From contig OZ244052.1 of assembly GCA_965215125.1 (NCBI GenBank), positions 672,001-736,000 on the forward strand: 64,000 bases of DNA, written 5' to 3'. Source of the stretch: an uncultured candidatus Porisulfidus sp. GTDB lineage: Bacteria > Pseudomonadota > Gammaproteobacteria > Poriferisulfidales > Oxydemutatoraceae. The notes below the pieces were generated by a model. That model saw only the letters and a list, made by a program, of their open reading frames with translations, had not been told where the DNA came from and did no database searches. Below, in pieces: positions 19,516 through 30,505 of this stretch. The position numbers and the translations under genes are program-made. Position 1 is the stretch's first letter, and every line of letters starts with the position of its first letter.

Positions 19516-21123
19516 ATGCGTATCGCTCTAGCACAACATCCTTATAAAATGGCCGATATAGACGGCAACACATTACGCATATTAAAAGCCGTACGAGAAG
19601 CGCATACTCGAAATGCGCGCTTGGTTGTATTCCCGGAAATGGCAATCACCGGATACCCTGCCGACGATCTTTTGTTGCGCACCGACTTTCTAAACAAGAC
19701 GACGCAAGCACTCGAGTATTTAGCAAAACAATCACCCTCTGATATCGATATTATCGTAGGTGCACCGTGGCAAGAAGCCGATAATTTATACAACGCAGCG
19801 ATACATATCTCGAACAATCGTATAATCCATTGCTACTGTAAACGTCACCTACCCAACTACGGTGTGTTCGACGAATATCGGCACTTTAAGCCCGGCGATA
19901 AAAGTTATGTATTCAAAATAGACGATTTATCGATAGGGGTGACGGTGTGTGAGGATATTTGGCATTCCGCTCCCGCGCTCGAAGCCGCACGATCAAACGC
20001 AGACCTTATAATCAATATCAACGCATCACCTTTTGACATCGGCAAACAAGACCAACGCGACCGAATACTACAAGAGCGAGTTGCTCAAACGAAAACACCC
20101 ATCTTGTATCTGAATCGCGTCGGCGGACAAGACGAACTCGTGTTTGACGGAGATAGCAGAGTGATTTCCGCACAAGGTCGCAATATACTACGCGCACCGA
20201 CCTTTGAAGCAGATGTTTATTTCTTGGAAATAGACAACGGTCGGTTATCGTCGCAAACCCAAGCCCGAACACCAAGCCGAATTGTCAATATACGACGTGC
20301 ATTAACTATGGGACTCAAAGATTATGTAGAAGATCACGGTGCCGCAGGTATTGTTATCGGATTATCGGGAGGTATCGATTCAGCCGTCACACTGGTAGTT
20401 TCGGTTGAAGCCTTAGGCACAGCTAAGGTACGCGCCTTGATGATGCCGTCTCCGTTTACCGCCGCAAGTAGCATAGAAGATACTCGTATCTTGACAAGTA
20501 AACTAGATGTCGCCTTGCAAGAAATTCCGATTACAGACTTATTCGAAAAGATGAAACAAGTGCTCAAACCGGCCTTCGGGGATTTACCTCCCGATAAAAC
20601 CGAAGAAAATATACAAGCACGTCTGCGAGGCAACCTGTTAATGGCAATCGCTAATAAGCACGGATTGATGGTTGCAGGCACTTCCAACAAAAGCGAGATC
20701 GCAATGGGTTATACCACGCTTTACGGGGACTCGGTAGGTGCGTATGCACCGCTCAAGGATGTATCTAAAACTCTAGTTTATGAACTCGCACAAGATTACA
20801 ACAAGGACGAGACTATTATTCCTCGGCGCATCATAGACAGACCACCGACTGCCGAATTAGCCGAAGGACAACTAGACACCGACAGCCTACCACCTTACGA
20901 AATACTAGACCCCATACTAGAAAAAATAATAGATTGCGATGCCACCGTAGAATCACTCGTCTCGGAAGGCTACCGATACGAGTTGGTTTCAACGATATGG
21001 AAAGCAGTGCTTGCCAGCGAATACAAACGTCGCCAAGCACCGGTAGGACCGAAAATCACATCCCGCGCTTTCGGTAGAGAACGACGATATCCGATTACCT
21101 GTTATAATTACTCCGATAAATAA
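19516..21123 (+). CDS. nadE: Glutamine-dependent NAD+ synthetase
   Basis: Nitrilase domain (FPEM, KRHLPNYGVFDE, VCEDIW) plus GLSGGIDSA, ENIQARLRG, NKSE, EYKRRQAP. Confidence 0.96.
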   Translation: MRIALAQHPYKMADIDGNTLRILKAVREAHTRNARLVVFPEMAITGYPADDLLLRTDFLNKTTQALEYLAKQSPSDIDIIVGAPWQEADNLYNAAIHISNNRIIHCYCKRHLPNYGVFDEYRHFKPGDKSYVFKIDDLSIGVTVCEDIWHSAPALEAARSNADLIININASPFDIGKQDQRDRILQERVAQTKTPILYLNRVGGQDELVFDGDSRVISAQGRNILRAPTFEADVYFLEIDNGRLSSQTQARTPSRIVNIRRALTMGLKDYVEDHGAAGIVIGLSGGIDSAVTLVVSVEALGTAKVRALMMPSPFTAASSIEDTRILTSKLDVALQEIPITDLFEKMKQVLKPAFGDLPPDKTEENIQARLRGNLLMAIANKHGLMVAGTSNKSEIAMGYTTLYGDSVGAYAPLKDVSKTLVYELAQDYNKDETIIPRRIIDRPPTAELAEGQLDTDSLPPYEILDPILEKIIDCDATVESLVSEGYRYELVSTIWKAVLASEYKRRQAPVGPKITSRAFGRERRYPITCYNYSDK

Positions 21124-21327
21124 GAAGAATTGGGGTTGTTTTCGTAAAACCACGATGTAAACTACGAGCCGTACTTTCACACAATACAACCGTAACGCCA
21201 TTCGCCTTTAATATTCGTATTATTTCCAATAGCCATAAATAGCTAAATCTTGTATGACATGACCTTTCTTGTGCTACTGCGACAAGGAACGGTTATCTGG
21301 AGCAAGTGGTGGTTCTGTTCAGCAGAC

Positions 21328-22188
21328 TCAATATCTCTTCTTGATACGCAATTTCTCTAGAATCACGTCGGTCAAGTTGCTAAATCCGGACATCCAATTT
21401 TTTTGTTCCTGCTCGCTAACTTGTGCCAACCCCTTTAAGTTAGAAACGGCGTAATTCGGGTAGTTGTATTCCAAAACTCTAAGCGTATCGCCGGCGAGGT
21501 CACTGGAATCTATCTGCTTATACGCTTGCGCCATGAGTAGTAGACCGTCGGGTGTATGCTGGGCACCGTCGTATCTCTCAAGCATATATTTCATGCGATT
21601 GATCGTTGCTAAATAACTGCCTTGTCTATAATAAAAAAGTGCAACGCGAATCTCGTGAACCGCCAACATGTTGCGTAGTACGACCAGGCGTCTTCTAGCT
21701 TCTTCGCGATACGCGCTATCGGGAAAACGTTGATACAGGGTTTTGAAAGTCTCAAAGGACTCTTCCAAAGGTTTGGGGTCTCTTGCGGTGCGGTCGCGAG
21801 GAATAATAAAATCCAAAAAATGCTTGCCGTAATTAAAATGTGCCAAACCTTTCAAATAATAAGCGTAATCCAAATAAGGGTGGTTGGGATTATTTTTTAT
21901 AAACTGATCGGTCATCACCGCAGCGGTTTCGGCATCGTCGGATTTATAACTTGCATAAGCTGTTTCAAGCAAGGCGGCGTTTGCAAAAGGACTAAAAGGA
22001 TAATCCTTTTCCAGTCTTTGGTATTTCTCCAACGCGGCGGGGTAATTACCTTTCTCTAAACTCTCTCTAGCCGTGCGATAGATAATCTCGGCTTCCTCGT
22101 CCTCGCTCTTTTCGTCGAACCACGAACAACCCGAAACAATCAGAGCAAGGTTAAGTAAAACTATAAAAAGTAGATATGATAATCGCAT
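21328..22188 (-). CDS. bamD: Outer membrane assembly lipoprotein BamD
   Basis: Lipobox VSGC, YPFSPFA, HPYLDYAYYLKGL, LAVHEIRVALFY; divergent from rluD. Confidence 0.93.
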   Translation of the reverse strand: MRLSYLLFIVLLNLALIVSGCSWFDEKSEDEEAEIIYRTARESLEKGNYPAALEKYQRLEKDYPFSPFANAALLETAYASYKSDDAETAAVMTDQFIKNNPNHPYLDYAYYLKGLAHFNYGKHFLDFIIPRDRTARDPKPLEESFETFKTLYQRFPDSAYREEARRRLVVLRNMLAVHEIRVALFYYRQGSYLATINRMKYMLERYDGAQHTPDGLLLMAQAYKQIDSSDLAGDTLRVLEYNYPNYAVSNLKGLAQVSEQEQKNWMSGFSNLTDVILEKLRIKKRY

Positions 22189-22236
22189 CTCTCACGGTAG
22201 AATGTTATTGATAGTTGTATTATATCGCTTCTTGCT

Positions 22237-23199
22237 ATGTCCGATAAAAAATTAACTGCCACATTGCCGGCACATTGTACAGGATTAAGGCTGGATAAAG
22301 CATTGTCCGAATTGTTTACGGATTATTCGCGAAGTTTTCTGCAGCATTGTCTTATAAAAGGCTTGATTCTAGTCAACGGACATGCCGCACAAGCCAGCGA
22401 TAAAGTATCGGGTGGCGAACAGATCACTTTTGAGTTACCGGCATCTGCTCCCGAAAAACCGGTGGGCGAAGCACTTCCCCTAGACATCGTCTTTGAAGAC
22501 GAATACCTAATAATTGTTAACAAACAAGCGGGCGTTGTAGTGCATCCCGCTGCCGGACACCACTCCGGGACACTACTGAATGCACTATTGCATCACTGCC
22601 CGGAATTAGTAGCACTACCACGCTGCGGCATAGTTCATCGGCTGGATAAAGACACCAGTGGCTTATTGGTAGTAGCAAAAAACCGAGCGGCGCATTGGGA
22701 ATTGGTCAAGCAATTACACAATAAAAAGATGGTACGTCACTATACTGCCTTAGCGCGAGGGCAATTTATCAGCGGCGGAAGTATAGAAGCTGCAATCGGT
22801 CGCCATTCGGTAGATCGCAAGCGCATGGCAGTAGTGCAAACCGGTGGTAAAGCTGCGATCACTCACTACCGTATCGCGCATAGGTATAGCTCGCATACCC
22901 GACTTGATATCACACTTGAAACCGGACGTACTCATCAGATTCGTGTGCATCTATCGCATATACACCATCCGTTATTCGGCGACACACTATACGGAGGTGC
23001 CTATCGTCCGATTAAAGGGTGGCAACAACAACACCTAGACAAACTAAGAAATTTCAACAGACAAGCGTTACACGCAAGCCGATTGAGCTTAAAACATCCG
23101 CAGCACAGTGAATTGTGCCACTATCAATCCGATCTGCCCGACGATATGAAGACCCTGTTCAAATTATTCGACGAAAATGAAAAAAACACAACCGATTGA
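22237..23199 (+). CDS. rluD: 23S rRNA pseudouridine synthase D
   Basis: S4-like RLDKAL, VVHPAAG, GIVHRLDKDTSG, LETGRTHQIRVH, RQALHA. Confidence 0.96.
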   Translation: MSDKKLTATLPAHCTGLRLDKALSELFTDYSRSFLQHCLIKGLILVNGHAAQASDKVSGGEQITFELPASAPEKPVGEALPLDIVFEDEYLIIVNKQAGVVVHPAAGHHSGTLLNALLHHCPELVALPRCGIVHRLDKDTSGLLVVAKNRAAHWELVKQLHNKKMVRHYTALARGQFISGGSIEAAIGRHSVDRKRMAVVQTGGKAAITHYRIAHRYSSHTRLDITLETGRTHQIRVHLSHIHHPLFGDTLYGGAYRPIKGWQQQHLDKLRNFNRQALHASRLSLKHPQHSELCHYQSDLPDDMKTLFKLFDENEKNTTD

Positions 23200-23950
23200 C
23201 GATTATTTTTCCAACGGTTTTCTATGGCCGAATTGGCCGGTTTCAGAACGCGTAAAAGCGTGCATCAGCACGCGATTAGGCGGGCATAGCCTACCTCCTT
23301 ACGACAGCATGAACATCGCTTTGCATGTAGGAGACGACGAACTCAATGTAATCAAAAACCGTTGCGACCTTAAAAAACGCCTCGATCTGCCCTCCGAACC
23401 TGCTTGGTTAGAACAAGTCCACGGCAATAAGGTCGTTATAGCCGAGCAAGGTCGTTTCCCTTGCCAAGCCGATGCCACCGTCAGCTTTGAGGCAGGTTAT
23501 GTATGTGCCATTATGGTTGCAGATTGCCTACCGGTATTATTTTGTGATCGATCGGCAACCCGCGTCGGTGCCGCACACGCCGGCTGGCGCGGTCTAGCTT
23601 CGGGCATTTTAGAAAATACGGTCGAGGCACTGGATTGCGATCCTGCACAACTCCATGCTTTTCTAGGTCCGGCGATAGGTCCGGATGCCTATCAAGTCGG
23701 TGATACGGTGCGCAACATATTTCTAAGCCGGCACGATCAATACACACTCTGTTTTTTGCCTGACAACCGCGGTGCATGGAGAGCGAATTTATACCGATTG
23801 GCACAACTAAAGCTACGAAGCGTCGGTGTACGAAACATCAGCGGCGGTCTACACTGTACCTATTACGACCACAAACATTTTTTTTCCTATCGGCGCGAAA
23901 CCGATACCGGACGTATCGTTGCATTGATCTATTTGTCAACCTCTCGTTAA
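23177..23950 (+). CDS. pgeF: PgeF/YfiH family protein
   Basis: NIALHVGD, WLEQVHG, ADCLPVLF, AAHAGWRGL, FFSYRR. Confidence 0.94.
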   Translation: MKKTQPIDDYFSNGFLWPNWPVSERVKACISTRLGGHSLPPYDSMNIALHVGDDELNVIKNRCDLKKRLDLPSEPAWLEQVHGNKVVIAEQGRFPCQADATVSFEAGYVCAIMVADCLPVLFCDRSATRVGAAHAGWRGLASGILENTVEALDCDPAQLHAFLGPAIGPDAYQVGDTVRNIFLSRHDQYTLCFLPDNRGAWRANLYRLAQLKLRSVGVRNISGGLHCTYYDHKHFFSYRRETDTGRIVALIYLSTSR

Positions 23951-23994
23951 GATGTGATGCACTCTCTTCTATAGGAGAGGAATATCGAATCTCA

Positions 23995-24022
23995 CTTGAA
24001 AACAACAATCCGAACGCCATAT
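23995..24022 (+). promoter_or_regulatory. Sigma-32 promoter of clpB
   Basis: CTTGAA-N14-CGCCATAT, close to consensus CTTGAA-N13-17-CCCCATNT, 20 bp before clpB. Confidence 0.75.
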
Positions 24023-24041
24023 TAAATTGTCGGAGAATAAT

Positions 24042-26621
24042 ATGCGTTTTGATAAATTGACAAATCGGTTCCAAACGGCGTTGCAAGATGCCCAATCGTA
24101 CGCGTTGAATCATAACCATCAGTTCATTGAACCTTTGCATCTATTGCATCATATGTTAAATGAAAACGACGGCACGGTGATGCGACTGTTGGCACAGTGC
24201 GGCACCGATATAGAACAGCTAAGGCAAAAAGTCGAAGATGAAATCGACAGGTTGCCCACCGTTGAGGGTGTACCGGGTGAAGTCCATATCTCTCAGGATT
24301 TAGCTAAAGTATTGAATGTCTGCGAACAACTGGCAGGGCAATACAAAGACAGCTATATCGCTTCCGAATTATTTCCGTTGGCATTACTAAAAGCCAAGAC
24401 CAAGGAGAGCCGCTTGCTCTCTCAAGCAGGACTGGAAATTACCAATTACGAACAGGCACTACAACAAATCAGAGGCGGCGAGTCGGTTGACGATGCAAAC
24501 ACCGAAGACCAACGCGAAGCATTACAACGTTATACGCAGGACCTCACCGAAAGTGCCAGACTAGGCAAGCTAGATCCGGTGATCGGGCGCGACGACGAAA
24601 TACGCCGCGTCGCTCAGGTACTGCAGCGTAGAACCAAAAACAACCCGGTTTTAATCGGTGAACCGGGAGTCGGAAAAACTGCCATTGTCGAAGGATTAGC
24701 ATTGCGTATCGTCAACCGAGAAGTACCCGAGGGTCTGATAGGCAAAAAGCTACTGAGCTTGGATATGGGCGCATTGATTGCCGGTGCCAAATATCGCGGC
24801 GAGTTCGAAGAAAGGCTCAAAGCGGTGCTAAAAGAATTGCAACAAGAAGCCGGCAATGTCATTCTGTTTATAGACGAACTACACACGATGGTCGGCGCAG
24901 GCAAAAGCGAAGGGTCTATGGATGCCGGCAATATGCTAAAGCCTGCGCTGGCACGCGGTGAACTGCGCTGTTTGGGAGCAACCACACTAAACGAATACCG
25001 TCTTTATGTAGAAAAAGATGCCGCTCTGGAACGTCGCTTTCAAAAAGTTTTAATAGACGAACCGAGCATAGAAGATACCGTTGCGATTTTGCGCGGACTA
25101 AAAGAACGCTACGAAGTACATCACGGCGTCGAGATTACCGACCCTGCCATCATCGCAGCGACACGCCTTTCGCATCGTTATATCAGCGATCGCCAGCTAC
25201 CGGACAAAGCGATAGATTTGATAGACGAGGCGGCTTCTCGCATCCGTATGGAAATTGATTCCAAACCCGAAAGCATGGATAAGCTGGACCGTCGATTGAT
25301 ACAGCTTAAGATAGAGCGAGAAGCCTTGAACAAAGAAAACGACGAAGCCTCCAAGAAACGTCTCAAGGACTTAAACGAGCAGATTACCGAACTTGAAAAA
25401 GAATACGCCGATTTGGAGGAAATATGGAAATCCGAAAAAGCTGCGATGCAAGGTACGACGACAATTAAAGAAGAACTGGAACAAGCGCGCATCGCTTTAG
25501 ATGCCGCTCACCGCGAAGGTGATTTGGCAAAAATGTCCGAACTGCAATACGGGATGATTCCGGAACTGGAGAAACGTTTGGAGACTGCACGCAGCGAACC
25601 GCAATCATCCGACTCACAAACAACGCGCCTATTACGCAGTCGAGTGACGGAGAACGAAGTAGCCGATGTGGTATCCAAATGGACAGGTATACCGGTGAGC
25701 CGTATGCTACAAAGCGAAAAAGAAAAATTACTCAATATGGAACAAGAATTGAGCCGCAGAGTGATCTCGCAACAAGAAGCGATAACGGCAATATCGCAAG
25801 CGACCCGTCGCGCCCGTGCAGGCTTGGCGGATCCTAATCATCCAAGCGGTTCTTTCATGTTCTTAGGTCCTACCGGTGTAGGGAAAACCGAGTTGTGCAA
25901 AGCGTTGGCAGCTTTTTTATTCGATAACGAACACGCGGTGGTCAGACTTGATATGTCCGAGTTCATGGAAAAACACTCGGTCGCCCGCATGATCGGTGCG
26001 CCACCCGGCTATGTAGGCTACGAGCAAGGCGGTTATTTGACCGAAGCGGTGCGCAGACGACCTTACTCGGTCATCCTGCTGGACGAAATCGAAAAAGCGC
26101 ATCCCGAAGTCTTTAATATATTGTTGCAAGTTTTAGACGACGGACGCCTAACCGATGGACAAGGCCGAACCGTAGATTTCAGAAATACCGTGATCGTGAT
26201 GACCTCCAATTTGGGTAGCGATTTGATACAAGAAAAAACCGGTGCCGACTACGACGAAATTCGTTTAGATGTAATGCAGATTGTGCAGAAAAGTTTCAGA
26301 CCGGAATTTCTCAATCGTATCGACGAGATTTTAGTCTTCCACTCGTTGAATATGGAAGATATACGGAAAATCTGTGTCATACAGATTGAACAGTTAAAGC
26401 AACGTTTGAGCAACCACGAACTTGGATTAGAGATCAACGATGCGGCGATAGACTGGCTCGCTCAACGCGGCTTTGACCCGGTATACGGTGCGCGCCCTCT
26501 CAAACGCACGATACAGCACGAATTAGAGAATCTGCTATCGGAAAAACTACTCAAAGGCGACTATGTCGCCGATGATATCATCAGAATCGAGGTTGAGAAC
26601 AACCGACTGGCCATACGGTAG
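24042..26621 (+). CDS. clpB: Chaperone ClpB
   Basis: MRFDKLT start after GGAG; GEPGVGKT and GPTGVGKT Walker A motifs, coiled-coil middle domain, [16 protein letters not shown]. Confidence 0.98.
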   Translation: MRFDKLTNRFQTALQDAQSYALNHNHQFIEPLHLLHHMLNENDGTVMRLLAQCGTDIEQLRQKVEDEIDRLPTVEGVPGEVHISQDLAKVLNVCEQLAGQYKDSYIASELFPLALLKAKTKESRLLSQAGLEITNYEQALQQIRGGESVDDANTEDQREALQRYTQDLTESARLGKLDPVIGRDDEIRRVAQVLQRRTKNNPVLIGEPGVGKTAIVEGLALRIVNREVPEGLIGKKLLSLDMGALIAGAKYRGEFEERLKAVLKELQQEAGNVILFIDELHTMVGAGKSEGSMDAGNMLKPALARGELRCLGATTLNEYRLYVEKDAALERRFQKVLIDEPSIEDTVAILRGLKERYEVHHGVEITDPAIIAATRLSHRYISDRQLPDKAIDLIDEAASRIRMEIDSKPESMDKLDRRLIQLKIEREALNKENDEASKKRLKDLNEQITELEKEYADLEEIWKSEKAAMQGTTTIKEELEQARIALDAAHREGDLAKMSELQYGMIPELEKRLETARSEPQSSDSQTTRLLRSRVTENEVADVVSKWTGIPVSRMLQSEKEKLLNMEQELSRRVISQQEAITAISQATRRARAGLADPNHPSGSFMFLGPTGVGKTELCKALAAFLFDNEHAVVRLDMSEFMEKHSVARMIGAPPGYVGYEQGGYLTEAVRRRPYSVILLDEIEKAHPEVFNILLQVLDDGRLTDGQGRTVDFRNTVIVMTSNLGSDLIQEKTGADYDEIRLDVMQIVQKSFRPEFLNRIDEILVFHSLNMEDIRKICVIQIEQLKQRLSNHELGLEINDAAIDWLAQRGFDPVYGARPLKRTIQHELENLLSEKLLKGDYVADDIIRIEVENNRLAIR

Positions 26622-26628
26622 AACTGTC

Positions 26629-26681
26629 ATTGAGCCGGTAGGTCGATCGGCGTAACATTGTGCAGAACCTTAATACATACT
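26629..26681 (+). repeat. Repeat family A, copy at the clpB/plsY junction
   Basis: ATTGAGCCGGTAGGTCGATCGGCGTAACATTGTGCAGAACCTTAA, near-identical to 2002-2046. Confidence 0.88.
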
Positions 26682-26712
26682 ACAAAATGTAAAGCCTTTC
26701 TATGGGGTGGCT

Positions 26713-27294
26713 TCATCCCTCCGTGCCGGCGATTAAGTTTTTTATATTTTGCCGGTGTCGTATAACAACCAAAACCGACATTAGAACCGATATAGCAATC
26801 AATTGATAGGCGGCGGATTGCCACCCTAGTAGCAACGGGGCTACGGCACACATCGTCATACCACCTACCGACGAATGTCTAAAAATACCGACCAAGACAA
26901 GCCACCCTCCTACCCACATCAATGCTGCCAAAGGTTGCACGCCGATTAAAACTCCCAAATAAGTTGCCACACCCTTGCCTCCTTTGAAGCCATGATAAAT
27001 AGGGAAGAGATGACCCAAAAATACAGCCAAAGCAATCCCGGCTATAACCCGATCGTCCATATTCAAATGGACGGCAATGCCTAGAGGTATTGCAGACTTT
27101 GCCGCATCGCCTATAAATGTCGCCATCGCTGCCGACCAGCCCCCTACACGCACTACATTGGTAGCACCGGGATTACCCGAACCCACACGCCGAGGATCCT
27201 CCGAACCCGATAATCTACACACAATAACGGCAAAAGTGATAGAGCCTATCAGATAGGCACCGACTATATATGCTATTTCAGTCCACATATTCAA
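26713..27294 (-). CDS. plsY: Glycerol-3-phosphate acyltransferase PlsY
   Basis: AYLIGSI, GSGNPGATNV, GHLFP, FKGGKGVAT, RHRQNIKNL. Confidence 0.96.
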   Translation of the reverse strand: MNMWTEIAYIVGAYLIGSITFAVIVCRLSGSEDPRRVGSGNPGATNVVRVGGWSAAMATFIGDAAKSAIPLGIAVHLNMDDRVIAGIALAVFLGHLFPIYHGFKGGKGVATYLGVLIGVQPLAALMWVGGWLVLVGIFRHSSVGGMTMCAVAPLLLGWQSAAYQLIAISVLMSVLVVIRHRQNIKNLIAGTEG

Positions 27295-27449
27295 CTCCGA
27301 TTTTCAAAGGATTATACTGCTACTTTTGAGGTTGGCAAACATAGGCGGTAATTCATGTAAAATATGTTTGTATTGTTTGATAGCTTAAATAACTTAGAAC
27401 ACACGGGTACCCTACATAAATCTTATCTTGATCGGAAGAATATAAAGCA

Positions 27450-28223
27450 ATGTTTATAGAACGTAGTGGCAAGGGACCGAATATAGTTTTACTGTCCGGT
27501 TGGGCGATGACTCGTTATTGTTGGCATCAGTTGATACCGGTTTTGGAGAAGCACTATGAAACGATACGAGTGGATCTACCCGGACACGGCGACGGCTGCG
27601 GTAGTTGCTTTTCCTTTTCCAGAATGGACGAATTAATTACCGAGCTGTCCGATCTATGCGAGGCGGGAGCCACATGGGTCGGATGGTCGCTGGGCGGACT
27701 GCTCGCACAACATGTCGCACAAATATATCCGCATAAAGTCAAACGCCTGATTTGTGTCGGAAGCGCAGCTTGTTTTCTGCAGAAAAACGACTGGGCGGAA
27801 GGAATCTCGGAAGAGAACTTTAATCAATTCTTGAAAATCTTCGAGGCCGATAACTCCATTGCACTAGAACAATTTCTGACTTTGCAAGTCGTAGATTCCG
27901 AAAACGCAAATGAAACTTTTAAGATATTAAAACTACTACTATCAAACAACTACGAACCTAGAGAATTAATCGCTGCCCTCGAACTACTGCGCAGCCAAGA
28001 TATGCGTAAAGCGATTGCCAATTATAAATGTCCGGTATTATTCATCGGCGGTGATGCCGATAGATTAGTGAGTGCAAACAACCTTAAAGCATCCTCTACG
28101 CTCGCCTCTCGAGGAGAAGTTAATATCATTGCAAAAGCGGGACATGCTCCGATGATCTCCCACTTTGAAGAGTTTAGCGAGCAATTAATCGAATATCTGG
28201 GTAGAGCCGATGCATATCAATAA
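27450..28223 (+). CDS. bioH: Pimeloyl-ACP methyl ester esterase (alpha/beta hydrolase)
   Basis: VDLPGHG, GWSLGG, FLTLQ, D..V, AGHAPMISH; overlaps bioC. Confidence 0.85.
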   Translation: MFIERSGKGPNIVLLSGWAMTRYCWHQLIPVLEKHYETIRVDLPGHGDGCGSCFSFSRMDELITELSDLCEAGATWVGWSLGGLLAQHVAQIYPHKVKRLICVGSAACFLQKNDWAEGISEENFNQFLKIFEADNSIALEQFLTLQVVDSENANETFKILKLLLSNNYEPRELIAALELLRSQDMRKAIANYKCPVLFIGGDADRLVSANNLKASSTLASRGEVNIIAKAGHAPMISHFEEFSEQLIEYLGRADAYQ

Positions 28224-28989
28224 AACGGGGGTGGGTCGCTCTTTTAACAACGCTGCCGAAAATTACGACAGCTACGCAGGCTTGCAACAAAAGACCGCTT
28301 GCGACTTAATCGCTTTGGTAGAAGAGTATGCGCCGGATGCGCGTATAGCTATCGATGTAGGCTCGGGAACAGGCTACGGTGTACGGCTACTCAATAACAA
28401 GCTCCCCGATGCGATGGTGGTTGCCGTAGATATAGCACCGGCAATGATACAACGATCTTCCGGTGTACATAAAGTCTGTGCCGACGCAAACCAACTACCG
28501 TTTAAGCGTACATGTGCCGACCTAATCTATTCGAGTGCTTTCGTGCAATGGTGCGATACACCTAAACAGCTGTTTGCACACTTAGCGGAATTGCTCATTC
28601 CCGGTGGCTGGTTCATTTTTTCTACCTACGGTCCTAAAACCCTGCATGAATTAAAAACGAGTTGGGCGGAGGTAGACAACTTCCCGCATACATTGGAATT
28701 TCCATCGGCTGCAAAACTAAGAAAGATACTTGCGATGAGCGGCTTTATAGTCTACAACTGCAGACGCAGCATGGAGATTGTTTATTACCAAGGCGTCGAT
28801 GCCTTACTCGGTAATCTTAAAGGTTTGGGGGCACAAAATAAACGCAGCGACCAACGACAAGGATTAACACCGTCATCTAAACTGCAACGGATGAAAGACT
28901 ATTATCAAAAGCACTACGGCATACAAAATTTAGTGCCGGCTAGCTACGAGATCCTACTATTCTCGGCTCGTCTACCCCACCATAAATAA
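28210..28989 (+). CDS. bioC: Malonyl-ACP O-methyltransferase
   Basis: SFNNAAENYD..A.LQ, DVGSGTG, QWC, FSTYGPKTLHELKTSW, LKGLGA, PASYE. Confidence 0.9.
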   Translation: MHINKTGVGRSFNNAAENYDSYAGLQQKTACDLIALVEEYAPDARIAIDVGSGTGYGVRLLNNKLPDAMVVAVDIAPAMIQRSSGVHKVCADANQLPFKRTCADLIYSSAFVQWCDTPKQLFAHLAELLIPGGWFIFSTYGPKTLHELKTSWAEVDNFPHTLEFPSAAKLRKILAMSGFIVYNCRRSMEIVYYQGVDALLGNLKGLGAQNKRSDQRQGLTPSSKLQRMKDYYQKHYGIQNLVPASYEILLFSARLPHHK

Positions 28990-29181
28990 ACTATGGCTCG
29001 TTCGAGCAAGTAAACTTATGCTCTTTTTGCACTGATTTGTCCAATATGTCATGGCATCGTACATGGCATTGTAAATTAGCGCATATGAGGTATCATACAG
29101 CTTGAACGGCCTTGTAACATCAAGTCAATAAGTCGTTTTATTTTCAAATATGCTATTTAATGTTGCTTTTAGGAGAATAAT

Positions 29182-29440
29182 TTGCTTATTAAACCAGAAC
29201 AAATTCGTGCAGTTCGTGCTTTATTAAAGTGGTGAGCTTCCGACCTTACCGAACATGCAGGGCTAAGCTTCGCTTCCACTCAAAAGGATAGAGCAAGATC
29301 ACGGCACAGACAGAGCATCTGCAAAAAATGTTGAAGCTGTGCGGAAAGAACTGAATGATGCGGGAGTAGATTTTATACCTGAAAATGGTTCTGGAATTGG
29401 GGTGAGATTAAAAAAGCAACCTCTGAAAAAGGCTTCATAA
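29182..29440 (+). pseudogene. XRE/HTH transcriptional regulator pseudogene
   Basis: After AGGAGA: MLIKPEQIRAVRALLKW* (TGA 29233-29235) ASDLTEHAGLSFAS, frameshift near 29280, then KRIEQ...LNDAGVDFIPENGSGIGVRLKK. Confidence 0.85.
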
Positions 29441-29457
29441 TTTGAGGAGAGAGTTAA

Positions 29458-30420
29458 ATGAGTAAATTATGGATATTGCTATTAAAGCCACAGGTATGGA
29501 TTGCAAAAGTTTTACTAGCCTTTCTTGTTTTTGGCTTCTTTTCACTTGTTTTTTTGGATTACCTCCAGCCAATTAGGACATTTTTGGACTCGGATGATCT
29601 CTCTTTCAAAATCGGAGAAGCACGCTTCTCTGCGTACCTAGTGATTAAAGCAGCGATCACTGTGATGATGCTCTTTTGGTTTGCTGTTATATTTTCTGAA
29701 TTTTGCGAAAAACGCATCAAAACCATTAAAGGCATCAAAACCAGTAATAAAATACTTATCACTAGGGCACTTCAGGTCTCTATATATTTCTTTGGATTCA
29801 TTATCGGACTTGATGTGCTGGGCATAGATTTGACAGCCCTCGCTATTTTTAGTGGTGCCGTTGGTATCGGGATTGGTCTCGGCCTGCAAAAAATCGCATC
29901 TAACTTCATTAGCGGTTTGATCTTATTATTTGAAAAATCAGTTGAGAATGATGACTTGGTAGAACTTGCCGATGGCACTTATGGCTTCATACGGCACACA
30001 AGTGCACGCTACACATTGATTGAAACCTTTGAAGGAAAAGAAATTATGATCCCCAACGAAGATTTTATCACCAGCCGTGTCACAAACTGGACATTTAGCA
30101 ACAACAAAGGACGTGTGGAAATCAACATCGGTGTTTCGTATGAATCCGATATCGAAAAAGCCATGGAACTAATCCTCGAGGCTACCAGAGAGCATCCTCG
30201 TTGTGTCAATGACCCTGAGCCTACCTGCTATTTAAGAGAGTTTGCTGATAGCTCCGTTAATTTCTTGCTCTTTTTCTGGGTTGCGGATGTCACCGAAGGG
30301 CGTTTTGAACCTCAGAGTGATGTGATGCGAAGTGTTTGGAAGAAATTCAAAGATCACGATATTGCCATCCCTTACCCACAAAGGGATCTTCATATAAAAA
30401 ATGCAAAGGCTCCTAAATGA
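29458..30420 (+). CDS. Small-conductance mechanosensitive channel (MscS family)
   Basis: GIDLTALAIFSGAVGIGIGLGLQKIASNFISG, IPNE, VTNWT, IGVSY, FADSSVNF, IPYPQRDLH. Confidence 0.95.
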   Translation: MSKLWILLLKPQVWIAKVLLAFLVFGFFSLVFLDYLQPIRTFLDSDDLSFKIGEARFSAYLVIKAAITVMMLFWFAVIFSEFCEKRIKTIKGIKTSNKILITRALQVSIYFFGFIIGLDVLGIDLTALAIFSGAVGIGIGLGLQKIASNFISGLILLFEKSVENDDLVELADGTYGFIRHTSARYTLIETFEGKEIMIPNEDFITSRVTNWTFSNNKGRVEINIGVSYESDIEKAMELILEATREHPRCVNDPEPTCYLREFADSSVNFLLFFWVADVTEGRFEPQSDVMRSVWKKFKDHDIAIPYPQRDLHIKNAKAPK

Positions 30421-30505
30421 ATGAACATATTTTATTAGCATATGGCTTTGACGGCAATCGTTTTAGTACAAGTGATGATCTTTAGACGAGTTTAATGGTT
30501 TTGAT

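Noticed and set aside
21277-21295. CTGCGACAAGG(G)AAC shared with 44631-44645
   Set aside because: Only an 11-bp exact match with unrelated flanks; compatible with chance
27295-27449. BirA operator upstream of bioH-bioC
   Set aside because: No convincing TGTAAAC-N14-16-GTTTACA palindrome
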